NCBI RefSeq assembly: GCF_009914755.1
Contig: NC_060941.1
Length of the DNA: 64,000 bases
Origin: the human T2T-CHM13v2.0 reference genome, Homo sapiens
Strand: one strand, 5' to 3'
Below are positions 1 through 18,300 of this stretch, one piece after another; the stretch's first letter is position 1; each line of letters opens with the position of its first letter. The notes under the pieces were generated by a model that was given only the letters and a program-made list of their open reading frames with translations, was not told the origin of the DNA and ran no database searches. The position numbers and the translations under genes were made by a program.

Positions 1-32
1 ATGTGACAGGGACTGCTAGACATCCTGGGCAC

Positions 33-60
33 ACAAGACAAGACAAGACAAGACAAGACA
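33..60. repeat. (CAAGA)n pentanucleotide repeat, about 5.5 copies
   Basis: Direct reading. Confidence 0.9.
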
Positions 61-420
61 GATGCAGTCCTTGACTTCACATGACCTTCAGTCCAGCAAA
101 GGACTCCACAGGAACCTCACACTAACCTCTCCCAAGTACACAGGTATCCCTCCAGCAACTATGGACTAGGCCTACACTTCATTCATCTTCTCTGACTCCA
201 TTAGCAGCCCTCAACATCTGCACTACTTGTACGTCACAAAGTGAATTCTTTTGTCCTTTGGTTGGAAGAGACCTTAACAATCACTCAGAGCCACAAGAGA
301 ACCTCCTCTAAATACCCCTCAGTGATCCAAGTCTTTCTTGACTACTTCTGGTGGAGAGGACTCAAGGCCCTGGAGTAGTTTTTAAAATCAATCATTACTT
401 AACATTGAAGAAATATATAA

Positions 421-711
421 TTTTTCTTTTCTTTTCTTTTTTTTTTTTAGACAGGGTCTCTCTCTGTCCACCCAGGCTGGTGTGCAGTGGCACAATCACG
501 GCTCACTACAGCCTCGACTTCCTGGGCTTAGGTGATCCTCCCACCTCAGCCTCCCAGATAGCTGGGACCACAGGTGCGAGCCACCACACCTGCTAATTTC
601 AGGGTTTCACCATGTTGGCATGGCTGGTCTTGAACTCTTGGCCTCAAGCAATCTGCTTGCCTCCGCCTCCCAAAGTGCTGGGATGATAGGCATGAGTCAC
701 CACGTCCAGCC
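421..711 (-). mobile_element. AluJ (central linker deleted)
   Basis: Poly-T followed by antisense Alu. Confidence 0.9.
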
Positions 712-719
712 AATCATTT

Positions 720-1900
720 TTATTGTCTACACTAACAGACTTTTTTCCTGACCATTCTGTATGAGGTGTGTTACTGTGTTGAATCTGTAAGGGGGCATAT
801 TTCCTACCAGAAGGCCATTCTATTTTTGGACTTTTCTAATTGCTAGAAATGTTTACACCTTTTAAACCCAGATCTGCCTCCCAATGCTTCTAATTCGGTT
901 CTCTGGGGCCATGTAAAAAAACAAAAAACAAAAGAAAACAAACTCAAATTCTGCTTTTATCTGACTGGCCTCAAATTATGAGGTCTGCTGTGTTATACAC
1001 CTTCTCTAGGCTAAACAGTCCCACTTCCTTCAACTGTGCCTCACTCCAACTGTCTCCTAAACATCCTGCTTATTCTTTCACTAAGACTTTCACTAAGACT
1101 AAAGTGTCTCCCACAGTGAGTGCCCACGTGACCTGGTAGCAGAGCAGAGAGTAGACCATTCCCTCCCATTTCTATCGGGGATACTCAATTTTAATAATAG
1201 ACTTAACAGCATTACTGTTGTTGTCCCCACCTTGCACTACTGATAAACTGTGAGCTTCTTTTTTCCTTTTCTTGGGGGGCGGGGGACAGGGTCTTGCTCT
1301 GTCCCTCAGGCTGGAGTACAGTGACGAGATCATGGTTCACTGCAGCCTTGACTTCTCAGACTCAGGTGATCCTTCCGCCTCAACTTCCTCAGGAGCTGGG
1401 ACTACAAGCACGTGCCACCACACCTGGCTGTGTGTTCTGTAGAGACGGGGTTTCACCATATTGCCCCAGTTGGTCTTGAACTCCAGTTCAAGTTTAAGGA
1501 ATCCTCCTGCCTCAGCCCCCCAAAGTGTTCGGACTACAGGTGTGAGCCACTGTGCCCTGCCAATTGTGAGCTTCTAATCAACAAATCCCCAAATTGTTTT
1601 CACATATGTTGCTAAATCCTATCTCCCTTTATGGAGTACAAGCCCTCCACCAACTATTCCCTTTCACATCTTTTCCTTCACCAAGGTCTTCTCCCCATGC
1701 CTGAAGAAATCCGATTATTTACCATTGTGCTGCATGCTACATGCTAAGTGTGGCTGACTTTTTGGACCAGGGTAGGGTTTTACATTCTTTCTTTTCTGAT
1801 TTCATCTTGTCATTTACTTCTCCCCATTGCAACCTATTAAGTTCTCTTTGGATCCTAAATTTTTCATCTAAGAATGCATTCCCTTCTCAGGTTTATGTTA
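720..1900 (-). mobile_element. L3/CR1-like relic interrupted by an Alu
   Basis: TTCTAATTGCTAGAAA, CTTCTCTAGGCTAAACAGTCCCACTTCCTTCAAC pattern. Confidence 0.45.
1260..1561 (-). mobile_element. AluJ
   Basis: Antisense Alu, TSD TGTGAGCTTCT. Confidence 0.9.
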
Positions 1901-1905
1901 CATAC

Positions 1906-2206
1906 TTTTTGTTGTTGTTGTTGTTGAGACAGTCTCGGTCTTGTTGCCCAGGCTGGAGTGCAATGGCGTGATCTCGGCTCACTGAAACCTCTGCCTCCTG
2001 TGTTCAAGTGATTCTCCTGCCTCAGCCTCCCGAGTAGCTGGGATTACAGGCACCCGCCACCATGTCCAACTAATTTTTGTATTTTTAATAGAGACGGAGC
2101 TTCCCCATGTTGGTCAGGCTGGTCTCAAACTCCTGACCTCAGGTGATCCACCCGCCTCAGCCTCCCAAAGGGCTGGAATTACAGGCGTGAGCCACCGTGC
2201 CTGGCC
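1906..2206 (-). mobile_element. AluSq/Sp
   Basis: Antisense Alu, TSD ATGTTACAT. Confidence 0.9.
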
Positions 2207-3146
2207 ATGTTACATGAATTTTATCAGTTGGTTTTATTTACAATTCTTAATATCTTTCTCCCATTAATCTGTCGTGTTTTTTTCTCCTAAGTAAGATTCT
2301 TGAGGGGAGGCACTAGTGTGTGTGTTTGTGTGTGTGCTTAAAATAAAATCTATCTGCAGTATTTAACATGCACTATGGATACCTGAACAATGTGGATGAG
2401 TGATCGTGGGGGTCAGATGGCAGCCTCAGGACAATCCCAGAGGACATCACGGAGGTGGTGCGGCCATACTGCCTATACTGTGTCAATCATGCTCCCCGAA
2501 GCTGTGCAACACAGACACCTGGACACACTCGGAGATGCTACCTTCTGTTTGGGGGGTGCTCCTCATGGGGGTTTGGACTCAATAAGGAATAGGGACTCCT
2601 CTTTGACAGGCTGCCTCCAGTTTCTCATGTGAAACCAGATACCAGAAGAAGCCACGCTCTGGGCAGGTCTTAACTCCATGGAGGCTGTTGTACCAGGTCA
2701 AGGTAAAATGTACCTCCTAAGAAGTGACATTTAATGATCTTCAAAGCACTGATGTCATGCTTTGAAAAAAAAAAATTACATCCACATCTGAAGAACCCCC
2801 ACAGCATATTAAAAAATGTAGTATGCAGACATTCTCTGAGATTTGGGCTGAGGTAGAAAGCCATTTTAAGTTGCATTTTCAGGTTCTATGTTTCTGGAGT
2901 CCTGAATCACAAACATGACCCATGCCTCATAGTTGGAGACAAGAGAAGCTTTGTTAACGAAAACGAACTAGCCTATCCATAGCTCGGGATAACGTGTAAG
3001 TCAGCAAATGGCTGCCATACAGAACCAGCTCAATCAGTGTCAGTTCTCCCTTCTTCACATCTGAACATGAAAAGGCATTTTTTCAAAACCAACTGTATCA
3101 CAATCACACGCTGAGCTTATTAAAAATGCAGATTCCCGAACTCCAC

Positions 3147-3748
3147 TTTTTTTCTGGAGACTGGGTCTCACTCTGTCGCCCAGGCTGGAGTGCAGTGGTG
3201 AGATTTCCGCTCACTGCAACCTCTGCCTTCTGGGCTCAAGTGATCCTTCCATCTCAGCCTCCTGAGTAGCTGGGACTACAGGTGCCTGCCACCATGCCCA
3301 GGTAATTTTTATCTTTTTTTTTTTTTTTTTCGAGACAGTGTCTTGCTTTGTTGCCCAGGCTGGCGTGCAGTGGCACAACCTTGGCTCACTGAAATCTCCA
3401 CCTCCCAGATCTAAGCAATTCTTCTGCCTCAGCCTCCTGGGCAACAGGGATTACAGGCAAGTGCCACCATACCCAGCTAGTTTTTGTATTTTTTGTAGAG
3501 ATGAGGTTTTGCCATGTTGGCCAGGCTAGTCTCAAACTCCTGGCCTCAAATGACTCGCCCGCCTCGGCCTTCCAAAGTGTTCAAGTACAGGAGTGAGCCA
3601 CCGTCCCTGGCCTAATCTTTGTATTTTTTTTAGAGATGGGTTTTCACCACATTGGCCAGTCTGGGCTTGAACTCCTGGCCTCAAGTGATCTGCCCTCCTT
3701 CACCTACCAAAGTGCTGGGATTATAGGCATAAGCCACTGGTGCCCGAC
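3147..3748 (-). mobile_element. Nested Alus: inner copy (about 3315-3612) in the linker of an outer AluJ
   Basis: Right arm, full Alu, left arm. Confidence 0.85.
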
Positions 3749-3857
3749 TTTGTTTGTTTTCTTTTTACCTAACACTACTCCTTGGCTATGGATTCCACTT
3801 TGAATTCAATGAATTAGTATTTCTTGAGATAGGACCTTAGAATGTGTACTTTTAAAC

Positions 3858-4234
3858 ATTTTATTCTATGAGACAGGGTTTTGCTCTCTCACCTAGGCTG
3901 GAGTGCTGTGGTGTAAACACGGCTCACTGCAGTCTCAACCTATCGAGTAGCTGGGAATACAGGCGCACACCATCACATCCAGCTAATTTTTAAAAAATGT
4001 TTTGTAGAGATGGGGTCTCGCGATATTGAACAGGCTGGTCTTGAACTCCCAGGCTCAAGAGATCCCCCTGCTTCAGCTTCCCAAAGTGCTAGGATTACAG
4101 GTGTGAGCCACAGCACCTGGCCAGAATGTATTGCACAGGCTGGTCTTGAACTCCTAGGCTCAAGAGATCCCCCTGCTTCAGCCTCCCAAAGTGCTGGGAT
4201 TACAGGTGTGGGCCACAGCACCTGGCCAGAATGT
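3858..4234 (-). mobile_element. AluJ with a 105-bp tandem duplication of its 5' end
   Basis: 4025-4129 repeated at 4130-4234. Confidence 0.9.
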
Positions 4235-4259
4235 GTGTAAGTGTTCCAGGTACTTATGA

Positions 4260-4677
<418 letters not shown>

Positions 4678-4959
4678 TACTTTATATTTTTCATGATACT
4701 TTTAGGATCTAGAAATCCTCTGCACTCTTTGATGCAGTTACTACATCCAGATGATGTAGATGAGGAAACTAAAATTCAAATAAATTCAATGACATTCTCA
4801 GGAGAACTAAGATCCAAAGCCAGATAAAATGACTTCCTCATTCAAGGTTTACCAGCTCACCAGCGCTACCTTCCTGGAAGAGTGCCATCGGCCTTCCGGG
4901 ACGTAATAAAACCTGCTGCATGCCTCACTCACCCTTCGCAGCCACAGCGAACACCGAGC

Positions 4960-5140
4960 GAATGGTTACTACAAGCCAGGCACTGTGCCAAATGCTTTAC
5001 ACGAACCAACTCGTGATCCCCACAACCTCATGAAGTAGATACTGTCACTGCTTCGATTATAGAGGTGAGGAAATTAAGGCACAGAGAAGTAACTTGCTCA
5101 GGAAATGCAGCCAGTAACTGCAGGGGCCGGACTGTTCTAA
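4960..5140 (-). mobile_element. MIR
   Basis: GCCAGGCACTGTGCCAAATGCTTTAC...ATAGAGGTGAGGAAATTAAGGCACAGAGAAG. Confidence 0.8.
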
Positions 5141-5464
5141 CTGCCACAGCTCTCCATGATCCAGAACATTCACAGGTGTTTCAGAGACCCTCACCATCTC
5201 CCCAAGGAGAAAGCTCTTCTCTTGCCTGGAAATTCACAGAAGAAGAGAAAAAGGCAGCCTCTCAGAGCTGATTTCTTGAAGACTGAACTCTTCTGGGCAT
5301 GGTGCACTCCTCCTGGGTGGGTGACACGCCACAGTCTAGGACAAGCAGGGCCTAGTGGAACGACAGTGTCGTGGCCTCCTAACTTGTGTGCTCTCAGGCA
5401 AATTACTGAGCCCTGTCTGCAAGATGCTAATAACTCTGAAGATCTATATTCCTAGTCCTTTACA

Positions 5465-6440
<976 letters not shown>

Positions 6441-7178
6441 ACTCTCTTTCCATTCTTACAGGTTTCTGTGATTCTGGGCAGTCATCTTGGAAAGGAGGAA
6501 AGGATCGTTCTGCCACTGAGCTTGATGGAGGAGCTCAGCTCTGTCATAGGGGACAGTGCCAAGAGCTGGGCTTGGCCTTTTTGGAAGGGTTAAAGATTCA
6601 GAATGCGAACTAACAGTGAGAGGCTAGAGATTACTCTGATGGAAAAGGGTGGTATAGGTTACTCTCATATGATAAGCCACTCAGGAAGACTTGGAGGGTT
6701 TTATGGAATCATTAGCACAGAGCTCCCCTCTGGCCACAGAGCAGAGGAAGAAACAGCGGACCAGTTTATAAAGCTACAGAGCGGAAAATTTCTGTTGCTG
6801 TCCAAACTAAGTTTTTGGCTTTCTGTGAAGCTTGGAAAGACTTATACTGATGTTTTAATCACCTGTTTAGTGTTCTGAGGACTCTTGTCAGCGGCCTCAC
6901 TGAGCTTGCTCCAGCAGGCAGTGGGGAACGGCTGGCTCTCGCCCCACGCTCTTCTTGTGAGCTGTTTCTTTCCCATGACCACCTCTAACACCCTGTAGCT
7001 CCCATTGGGCCACTTGGAGGGTATAAGCCAAACCTGTGAGCCCTATAGGAGACTGAGCACACTCTTTTGGGCTAACTCATCACCGGATCTAAAGTCAGGA
7101 AAGACCCCTTAATAAGAGCCTTGGTGCAAAGAGGTAAGAAGTCGTCTCAAGATTAGTCTGCCAGCAACACCTCTGTGA

Positions 7179-7671
<493 letters not shown>

Positions 7672-7984
7672 ACCATCCAGACATTCTAAAGCACTTGGGT
7701 ATTTATTGTGAAAAGAAGTCCTCACAAGTGACAATGCATACTGAACAAATTCAGGGCAGGGAAAGTTCTAGAAAGAAAAACCCATGAGCATGCCAGAAGC
7801 TCTTTAAAGAGGTTAAGGGGGTTGAAAAAAAAAAAGGTTCAGGGTAGTGGCAGGTAGAGCAAGTTAGCATCTTACTTCCTCTGCAATTTTCATTGATCAC
7901 GCTTTCTTGGTGGCCTAAATATCCCATTTTACTGGGAAAGCTGTGGTGTAGATGAAGTGGTGACAGATGGTTACTAGGAATTAT

Positions 7985-8110
7985 GTTATTTCATTTGATT
8001 ATCATGGTAATCCTGTGAGACAGGAAGAGGAAACTAAAGCTCAGAAAAAGCAAGTGATGAAGTGATGAAGCTGGGCTTTGAACCCAGATTTGTCTTACTC
8101 CAAAGTTTGT
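7985..8110 (-). mobile_element. MIR fragment
   Basis: GAGGAAACTAAAGCTCAGA...GGGCTTTGAACCCAGA. Confidence 0.6.
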
Positions 8111-8175
8111 GCTCAGTTCATTATATTATAATATGGCCTCTTATGAAGGTAATGGCACTTTCACAAAGAGTATAG

Positions 8176-8502
<327 letters not shown>

Positions 8503-8539
8503 TACTTCAAGTCTTTCTCACTTAAAAAATATTACACTC

Positions 8540-8846
8540 AGCCGGGCGTGGTGGCTCACACCTGTAATCCCAGCACTTTGGGAGGCCAAGGTGGGTGGAT
8601 CACCTGAGGTCAGGAGTTTGAGACCAGCCTGGCCAACATGGTGAAACCCAATCTCTACTAAAAATACAAAAATTAGCCGGGCGTGGTGGCAGGTGCCTGT
8701 AATCCCAGCTACCTGGGAGGCTAAGGCAGAATTGCTTGAACTTGGGAGGCGGAGAGTGCAGTGAGCCAAGACCGCGCCACTGCACTCCAGCCTGAGCAAC
8801 AAGAGCAAAACTCTGTCTCAAAAATAAATAAATAAATAAATAAATA
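8540..8846 (+). mobile_element. AluSq/Sx with (TAAA)n tail
   Basis: Sense Alu. Confidence 0.9.
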
Positions 8847-10094
8847 ACACTTGCCCAGACTCAGCAGTAGCCTAAAGGCCCTCAGAACAGAAGAAACAGT
8901 TCTGACGAATTTGCCTTTAAAGGAACACAAATTGAATGGGTGCTTGGCTAAGCTACAGGCAAGAAAAGAAATACTGAAATTTAAAATTTCTCAGGATACC
9001 TGCCCTAAAAAGAGTTCTATCACTTAGATTCATTTCATTTCACTGGACATAATATGGGCAAAACCTCAGCTGAATACTTGATGAGCTGAATGAATATAGG
9101 AAACTAGTAACTGCCAGATGTTAAGTTTTAAGACCTATATGTGGGTAACCTCTGAAAGTTGTCTGCACCACAGCCTTGAACTTTTCTACTGAATGTAAAG
9201 AGTAAAGTCCATCATGAAGACAGGAAAATGGAAATCAAAGCTCCCTCCTGATACTTGGCACCCAAAGGCTCCACAAATCTGTCAATCCAAGTAACTTTTA
9301 CTTTGCAAGCAACAGGGTGTGTTACTTATCTGGCAACGCTTGATCTTGGAGAAGGTATGAAGGAGGAGAAGAGAGAATAATAGTTTACTTCTCAGTGGAA
9401 AAACCAGGCTTAAGGAGGAGATACTGATTTCTGATTGAGTTCTCAGGGAGACCTTCTCTGCCATAGAATTTTCCCTTTCCACCCCATCACTTTTCTTCTT
9501 GTCTCTTTTCTTACTAAGGGAAGTTTCTTCAAACTGCTGTCTCTGGCTCAAAGTTAATTTCCCTTTGGCCAAAGCACTCTGCACATGCCATTGTTCCATG
9601 CCCTGTTATGCCAGAGTTCAAGCAGATAAGCCACCAACGTGCCTTTTAATAAAGGAAGGGAGGGGGGTCTCTCAAGGGAACTCTGCTTACTGGGGGAAAA
9701 GAGAGTCCTATAGCAGCAAAGGCACATACTACCATTCCTCGGTGACCTCAGAGGAGTCTATTTACAAAGGCTATAGTTAGAGAGGAAAGGGCAAGAAGGA
9801 AGGGAAAGAGAGGGAGACCATGACCAGAGAGGTCTTATGTCCCACAGGAATAACTCCGAGGACAAGGGAAAGGCTGTCCTGTCACAAGGGCAAAATTAAC
9901 CAGACCCAGCCGATTATGAGAGAGGGAAGGAGGATGCTGGGAACATGAAGGGGGCAAAGCTTACAGGCCACTACATATATGGGGGAATGCAGGAGGAAAA
10001 TGTTTCAAAGCTGATGACAAGGCAGACAGGAAACCTCCGTGTCCCTGCTGACAGGAAAGAAAGAGTGAAAGAAATTCTGGGATCTTCTCTCTAG

Positions 10095-10431
<337 letters not shown>

Positions 10432-11612
10432 TCTATGCAGGATTCCTAATAGGCATGTGAAGTTCCCTGTCTTCCCATGGGTGTGCTGACAGCTGGAAAT
10501 CCTGCCCTTTGGGTCAGGCAGGGCAGGGATCTAGACCTCTCGGGAGTTCATGAAGAGGTTCACTAAGGACTGAAACCATGATCCCAAACACAAATGGGGA
10601 CTGTCATTTCCTGTTGGGTTTCCATGCTGTAAAAAAGTGGGGGAGAAATGCCAGCTACGAAGTACTATGTCTTCTATGGAAAATGGAGTATGCAGTGTAT
10701 CTGGCTCCTGGTTCTGACTTGTAAATCTAAGTGAGAACTAGTTGTTAGCTGCTAGAGGATTATAGTGTTAAACAGACATTCTACCACCCAACCTGCCAGC
10801 CTTTCTGCTCACTGTCTCTGGGCCTCTAGGTAGCTGATGACACAGTTGTCTTGAGCCTCCATAGGAAGGGCAGTCTTGGGCTGGGGCAGCTCCTCTGGGC
10901 ACTAGTTCACTGCTCTGTGTTCTTAAACAGCTCTGATGGAACAAGCCATCTGTGAGGGTTATTTAACTTGGAGCTGGAAGAGGGTGAGGATGTGGAAAAA
11001 ATAAACTGAACAGCCAATGGATGGGGCCAGAGAGAGAGAGAAGGCAGGTGGCATGTTCATGGGACTGCGTGCCAGGGCCAAGCGGGGTGGGACTGCAGAA
11101 AGGAATGGTGCCGAAAGGAGGCCAGCATGGGAGGGGCTGGAACACCCAGGACAGCAGAATTTTATTTCCAAAATGGTATTTTGTTGTTCTCCTTCAAGGG
11201 CACCCAAGTCCTCACTTTAGAGTTCTATTTCTGGGAGAATCTTGGAATAGTGTAACTAAGCACACCTGCCTCGCCTTCTGAAAAGCTACCTGAACCTTGC
11301 CCAATTTCTGAGCCTTAGCCTACAAGATAAATCTAACAGGTTTTTTTTTTGTTTTGTTTTGTTTTTTACATCCAATGCCTCAAAATAATGGCAACAGCTA
11401 AGTGGGTAGAAAACGGAAATGAAGGATTACAGAGAATTTGCATGAATTACAGAAAACAGCTATAGAAACTACAGGATGATCCAGAAGGAGACATGGGAAT
11501 CTGATGTGTGACTGAGTTGTAACTGGACCTCTTTGGAGTCTTCTTAGCCACTCTCCAATCCCCAGCGTCCACTATGAAAACACATATTGAAACTTTCATT
11601 TTTAAAAATCTT

Positions 11613-12215
11613 GCCAGGCGCAGTGACTCACGCCTGTAATCCCAGGCCTTTGAAAGGCCGAGGCGGGCGGGTAACTTGAGGTCAGGTGTTCGAGACCAGC
11701 CTGGCCAACATAGTGAAACCCTGTCTCTACTAAAAATACAAAAATTAACCAGGCCCACGCCTGCAAACCTGCAGGTGCACACCTGCAGTCCCAGCTACCC
11801 AGGAGGCTGAGGCAGAAGAATTGCTTGAATCTGGGAGGCAGAGGTTGTAGTGAGCCGAGATTGTGTCACTGCACTCCAGCCTGGGCCACAAAGCGAGACT
11901 CTGTCTCAGATAATAATAATAATAAAAAAATTCTGAGCCAGGTGTGGTGGCTCATCCCTTTAATTCCAGAACTTTGGGAGGCCAAGGTGGGTGGATCACC
12001 TGAGGGTTAGGAGTTTGAGAACAGCCTGGCCAATACAGCGAAGACCCGTCTCTGCTAAAAATATAAAAAAATTAGTTGCGCATGGTGGCGGGCGCCTGTA
12101 ATCGCAGCTACTCGGGAGGCTGAGGTGGTAGAATCACTTGAATCCAGGAGTTGGAGGTTGCAGTGAGTTGAGGATTACACCACTGCACTCCAGCCTGGGC
12201 GACAGAGCAAAAAAA
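11613..12215 (+). mobile_element. Two tandem AluS copies (about 11613-11930 and 11936-12215)
   Basis: Sense Alus. Confidence 0.9.
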
Positions 12216-12219
12216 CCTA

Positions 12220-12330
12220 GGCATTTTCACTTATTTTATCTCATTTAATCCTTACTAAAATCTTATGAAATAACTAATGTCATCCCCATTTTTCAGAGAG
12301 TAAACTCAACCCCAGAGACAATACATTAAT
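12220..12330 (-). mobile_element. MIR fragment
   Basis: TTATCTCATTTAATCCTTAC...ATCCCCATTTTTCAGAG. Confidence 0.65.
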
Positions 12331-12547
12331 TATCTGGCGTTTTCTCATGACTAGCACAGAGCATAATAAAGGCTATGACATCTATCTAGAACAGGAAGAT
12401 GTATTTTTCTGCAGGTTGTCCTGGCAAAATAGCATTAGAGTTGACAGTATCTCATCTGATCCATTCCTGATTACCAAGTCTATGTAGTATATTCTCACAG
12501 GATTTGAAAAAGAGACCAAAAAGCTGCTGTTAGAATATATGTCTCTC

Positions 12548-12907
<360 letters not shown>

Positions 12908-13087
12908 TAACTACGTGCTGCTTACTCTACTTTTGAAGAACACATATAGACACGCAAACCATTATAAACTACTTTGAAGTATAGTTTCAGTGCTTTATAC
13001 TGACAAAACAGAGACAAAATTTCTGGACCAGCCTATACTAGAGAAACCTATATACACCCTAAACTTTAAAAAAATTGACAACACAAG

Positions 13088-13381
13088 GGCAGACGCAGTG
13101 GCTCACACCTGTAGTCGCAGCACTTTGGGAGGCCAAGGTGGGTGGATCACCTGAGCTCAGGAGTTCAAGACCAACATGGCAAAACTCTGTTTCTACTAAA
13201 AATACAAAAATTAGCCAGGCGTGGTGGTGCACGTCTGCAGTCCCAACTACTTGGGAGGCTGAGGCATGAGAATTGCTTGAACCCGGAGGCAGAGGTTGCA
13301 GTGAGCAGAGATTGCACTACTGCATTCCAGTATGGGCGACAGAGTGAGATTCCATCTCAAAAAAAAAAAAAAAAAAAAAAA
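13088..13381 (+). mobile_element. AluS
   Basis: Sense Alu, TSD GACAACACA. Confidence 0.9.
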
Positions 13382-14369
13382 AGACAACACAGAACTAAAA
13401 GCTGTCACTTAATTCTGTTACTTAAGCTAAAGTCACTCTTGCTGCTGACAAAGTACCAAAGGAGTTCAATGAGATATGGTGGCATCTCAGAATCAAGTAC
13501 CAGGCCAAACTGAAGCCAAAGCTGCTTAGTAACGTGGAGTTCAGAAACATGGCACATGGTGAAAAAAAGCAATACAAAGGCCGAATTTTAAAAACAAAAC
13601 CTTCCCACCTTTGATTTTTAGGCCCTGTTGCGAGTTTCTGGTATGTTCTTCAGAGATAGTTCTGCATTTACTGACATATGTGATTAACTACGAGCTCTCT
13701 CTATGCCTTTTATAGATACATTTATGTAAGTGGTGATATACTATGACACACGCACACGCACACACACGGTATTTTAAAGATAATCAACATCATTTGTGAA
13801 GCACATTTCATGCCAAATACTAAGGATCATCAACAATAAAGCACTCTGTGTTGGGGGGACTGATGGAAAGATCTGGCGGAAGCAGCAAAGGAAAGCAGAC
13901 GGAAGAAAGACCCTGATGAGGTGCTCAAGTCCATCAGTCATCATCAAGTCCAACAGGCCTGGGAGAGGTCAGCAACAACAGTCTCCCCAGCCAAGCAGGG
14001 TCTCAAATGACAAAAAGTTGGGCAAAATAATGTGCAAAGTATATACATGTGCTCCAGTCTGCACGCTGCCCAGAAAGAGCTCCCACCCCAGAGGAATCAA
14101 TATCAGGAGGGTCATCAACAAATTTGAAGGCCAGAAACAAAGAGTGCTATATATGTATTTACTGTGAAAATTAAGCGGCTCCAATTCCATTTCGATGTGT
14201 AGGCTATAGGTGTTACGGCAAGAGCTGCCTGGTACATCTGAAGGCCGCTACGCCCACCTTCAGTGCCAGTTTCCTTATCAGAGGAGCTCGTAGAGCCTCA
14301 CAGAACACAAAGTAAGATATCTGAGGTGTTTCAGGCTGATCTCACAGTCTGAGTTCTAAATGTATTCTA

Positions 14370-14979
<610 letters not shown>

Positions 14980-15498
14980 CCGAAAGGTCCTTAGAGCGGG
15001 TTTCTTGGGTGGTGGCTGGAGCATCAAGGAGTTCCTTCTCTGATCGAAGGGCTTGTTAGCTACACAGTTTGAAGGAAGGAGAACAGGCTTTTCCAGCTCA
15101 GCCTGGTGAGAGGAGAGGCCTTTGAGAGTTTATGCAGCTTGCACACCCGCTCCATGCAGTTTCTGGAAAGTTTCCATCACAGATGAGAGTTTTACGTTGA
15201 ATTTTAAGTTTGACCACAAATATTTAAACTTCCCTGGACCACAAATACAGTATCTTCCCTGTGGTTTATCTGGCAGCAAGTACATATTTACAAATCTCTA
15301 TATGTCTGCCTGTTATTTAAATTTCTTACAGAAGTGCCAAGGTCTTTAGTTGTGATTTATCCCCTCCCCCTCCGTACTGGTAGGTATAGTCTTCATTAGG
15401 CCTAACTCTTGGGAAAAGGAGGTATCTTTACAATTGAAGCTTAGAAATCTTCCTGATTAAATTTCCTATTACCGCTTCCCTCTTAAAAAAAAAAAAGT

Positions 15499-15972
<474 letters not shown>

Positions 15973-16003
15973 CTATATTAAAAAGCAAAACAGCAAACAA
16001 TAA

Positions 16004-16648
<645 letters not shown>

Positions 16649-17251
16649 TAAGGCCCAATTTCTAAATGAATACTCATTTGCTTACCAATTCCTGAACATT
16701 ATAACATGCACTAGGGTTACAAAGAATACAGCACACATCCCTGCTCTCCAGCTGGGTCTTGAACAAAGCCGGCTTGGGAAAGGGTGCTGGCTCCACGAGA
16801 GCACACAATTCTTAAATGGGTCTCTGGGTTATCAGGACTGCTTTCTCTTACACAGCTGCCAAGTGAGCTATATGGCATTCTTATCAAATGAAAGCAAACA
16901 GCTAGATCATCTAAAACCCATGGCCTCAAAACCATCACTCCTACTCCATTCTGGAGATCTTATTATTTTCACCTTTCCTTTCCTGGACCTTTGGGGTATG
17001 GTCCCTATTAATATCCAGCCTACAGGGTTGAGACCCAACACAGAAAGACTTAAGGAGCATCTTCATGAAATCACTAAATTATCTCCTCCTGAGTGTCACA
17101 CGAGAGTGGTGGAACTAGTTATGAAGTAACAAACCCATGCATATAAACCCATGAAAGCACAATCTAAGTCCAATGCCTACCTTTATCAAATGAACAATGA
17201 CCTTCCAAGTATTTCAATCTGGAAGGCTAGAAACTCATTTCTTAAAAACTA

Positions 17252-17581
<330 letters not shown>

Positions 17582-17919
17582 CTAACATTGATTTGTTTAA
17601 TCAGAATGACATTAAGCATATGCTTCTCTTCTATCCTTCCAGTTTCCCATTGAAATGACTAAAAATAAATAAATAAATAAAAATGAAGAAAGCATCCATC
17701 AGTACTAGGCAACCCCATACCAGAAACTTTGGGAAACTGTCTGCAAGTCTAACAGTGGGTGGAACTGGAGTGAGAAAAAGGACAACTGATGTTCAACCCT
17801 TTTCAGGCTGAGTAAGAATACAGATGAGACCTTAGCGGCAGTACCACATTAATACCCTTATCTTGGGGCAACTAAGACAAGAACCAAGGTGGGTTGTGAT
17901 GCAGTTGGAAGGGCACAGG

Positions 17920-18300
17920 GGCCAGGCGCGGTGGCTCACACCTGTAATCCCAGCACTTTGGGGGGCCAAGGCGGGTGGATCACCTGAGCTCAGGAGTTTG
18001 AGACCATCCTGGCCAACATGGTGAAACCCCATCTCTACTAAAAATACAAAAATCAGTTGGGCGTGGTGGCAGGCGCCTGTAATCCCAGCTACTCAGGAGG
18101 CTGAGGCACAAGAATCTCTTCAATCCAGGAGGCGGAGGTTGTGGAGTCGAAATCGTGCCACTGCACTCCAGCCTGGGCAAAAATAAAATAAAATAAAATA
18201 AAATAAAATAAAATAAAATAAAATAAAATAAAATAAAATAAAAAAATGAAATGAAATGAAATAAAATAAAATAAAATAAAATAAAATAATTAAAAAAAAA
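17920..18300 (+). mobile_element. AluS with long (AAAAT)n tail (about 18178-18290)
   Basis: Sense Alu, TSD GAAGGGCACA. Confidence 0.9.

Noticed and set aside
2383-2716. Possible minus-strand exon (TTCTTAG acceptor, CAG|GTATCC donor)
   Set aside because: Weak donor in L2-like sequence, stops in all frames, no recognisable protein
4871-4913. Possible minus-strand micro-exon ending CTG|GTGAGC
   Set aside because: No polypyrimidine tract at the acceptor
13796-14167. 123-aa ORF in unique sequence
   Set aside because: Non-ATG start, no homology I recognise, length expected by chance
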